Below are positions 63,000-64,000 of a stretch of DNA of 64,000 nt, piece after piece. Location: the NCBI GenBank assembly GCA_013265495.1, contig MU058687.1, positions 2,296,001-2,360,000 on the forward strand, read 5' to 3'. The notes under the pieces were generated by a model. It was not told the origin of the DNA. It worked only from the letters and a program-made list of their open reading frames with translations, and searched no databases. The stretch's first letter is position 1; every line of letters begins with the position of its first letter. This stretch comes from Vicugna vicugna. Lineage: Eukaryota. A program made the position numbers and the translations under genes.

Positions 63000-63190
63000 C
63001 CTTACAGCTCAGGGCCCTTGGGCAGGCAGCCTCAGTTTCTGCTTCACTTTGTGCCTGGGTCAGGAGAGATGCTGTCTTTTCTACCTCACATAAGGCTGTG
63101 AAAACAGAATTAAGTGCGTTCATATATGTAAAGCACTCATGTAAGTTGCCTAGCACTTAGTAAGCGCTAAATCAATATTTGCGATTATTA
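63000..63190 (+). mobile_element. MIR SINE (degenerate)
   Basis: ccttgggcagg...cctcagtttct...tacctcacataaggctgtg...tatgtaaagcact...tagtaagcgctaaat. Confidence 0.6.
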
Positions 63191-64000
63191 CTTTCATTTT
63201 CACAGTATCGCTTAAGACATAGGATCACTCAGGCAGCAGATATATAGTTTGGTTTCTCTTACAGAGCAGGCTTTTTGTAATTACATACATTTCAATGAAA
63301 CAGTATAATTATTATGACTTAACAAGATTTAAGTTATTTTAGCTATTTTGGTTGTAGATAAGATTTATTAAATGAACCTTTAAAACAGTATGTAAGTGTG
63401 ATACAAATTCAAACAGTGCAAAAGAATTAAACAATAGAAACTAAGGTTCCCTAAAACCCCAGGCCGCTGTTCCCTGTAACTTTCCCAAAAGGAGCCATGA
63501 TACCAACTTCTCTCAGCAGATATTTCTGAGGCACTCTTACATCAGGCACTGTGCTAGCCTTGAGCACAGTGAATGAACACATCCTGGTCCCCATCAGGTT
63601 CGCAATCCGCAGTCTGGGAGGAGGCCCTTGACTCTCTAGATTTGAAAAGCACTGAAAGTAATTCTAAGTCTTCTGCCTCAGCCAGGGTCGAAAACTTCTA
63701 ATCTGATAGCCAGTCAGTATTATTGGATATTTGACAAACATGAGATATCTAAACCCATTTCAGTTACTGAAATAGCAGTGTTTTTCATCCCAGATTGGAA
63801 AGTAATCTTGGTAAGATGGCCACTATGTTGGACCCTTAGAGGTCAGTTTTTGAAAAACTGGCTTCTTAGGAGATAATTACATTTTCTTCTCTCCACATTC
63901 TTAAATGTGCTGGAGAGTTCTGGATCAAATTCTCTGAAAGCAGAGGCTGCTGTAGACTCAGGAACACTACCACGCCCTTGACAGAGGCCTGGGTGCCGAA

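Overview
Mammalian genomic DNA, probably camelid: it carries four tRNA-Ala-derived SINEs that resemble the vic-1 family. The window holds the 5' part of ESRRB (estrogen-related receptor beta, NR3B2) on the + strand. This comprises a CpG-island promoter, a short first coding exon (13973-14022, MDVSELCIPDPLGYHN-Q), a 47,368-bp intron, and a 410-bp exon (61391-61800) encoding the A/B domain and first C4 zinc finger. The rest of the gene lies beyond the window. The remainder is non-coding DNA with L1, L2, MIR, MaLR/ERVL LTRs, DNA-transposon fossils and microsatellites. I found no evidence of a wholly new biological system. The most interesting signals are regulatory: a 5-codon uORF whose stop overlaps the ESRRB start (TGATG), an intronic NANOG/TCF/SOX/ERRE motif cluster with a nearby TATA-type candidate internal promoter, and candidate photoreceptor and homeodomain modules. 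Structural oddities include a near-perfect 160-bp tandem duplication and nested retrotransposon insertions with readable target-site duplications. Repeat family names and motif calls come from recognition by eye, not database searches.
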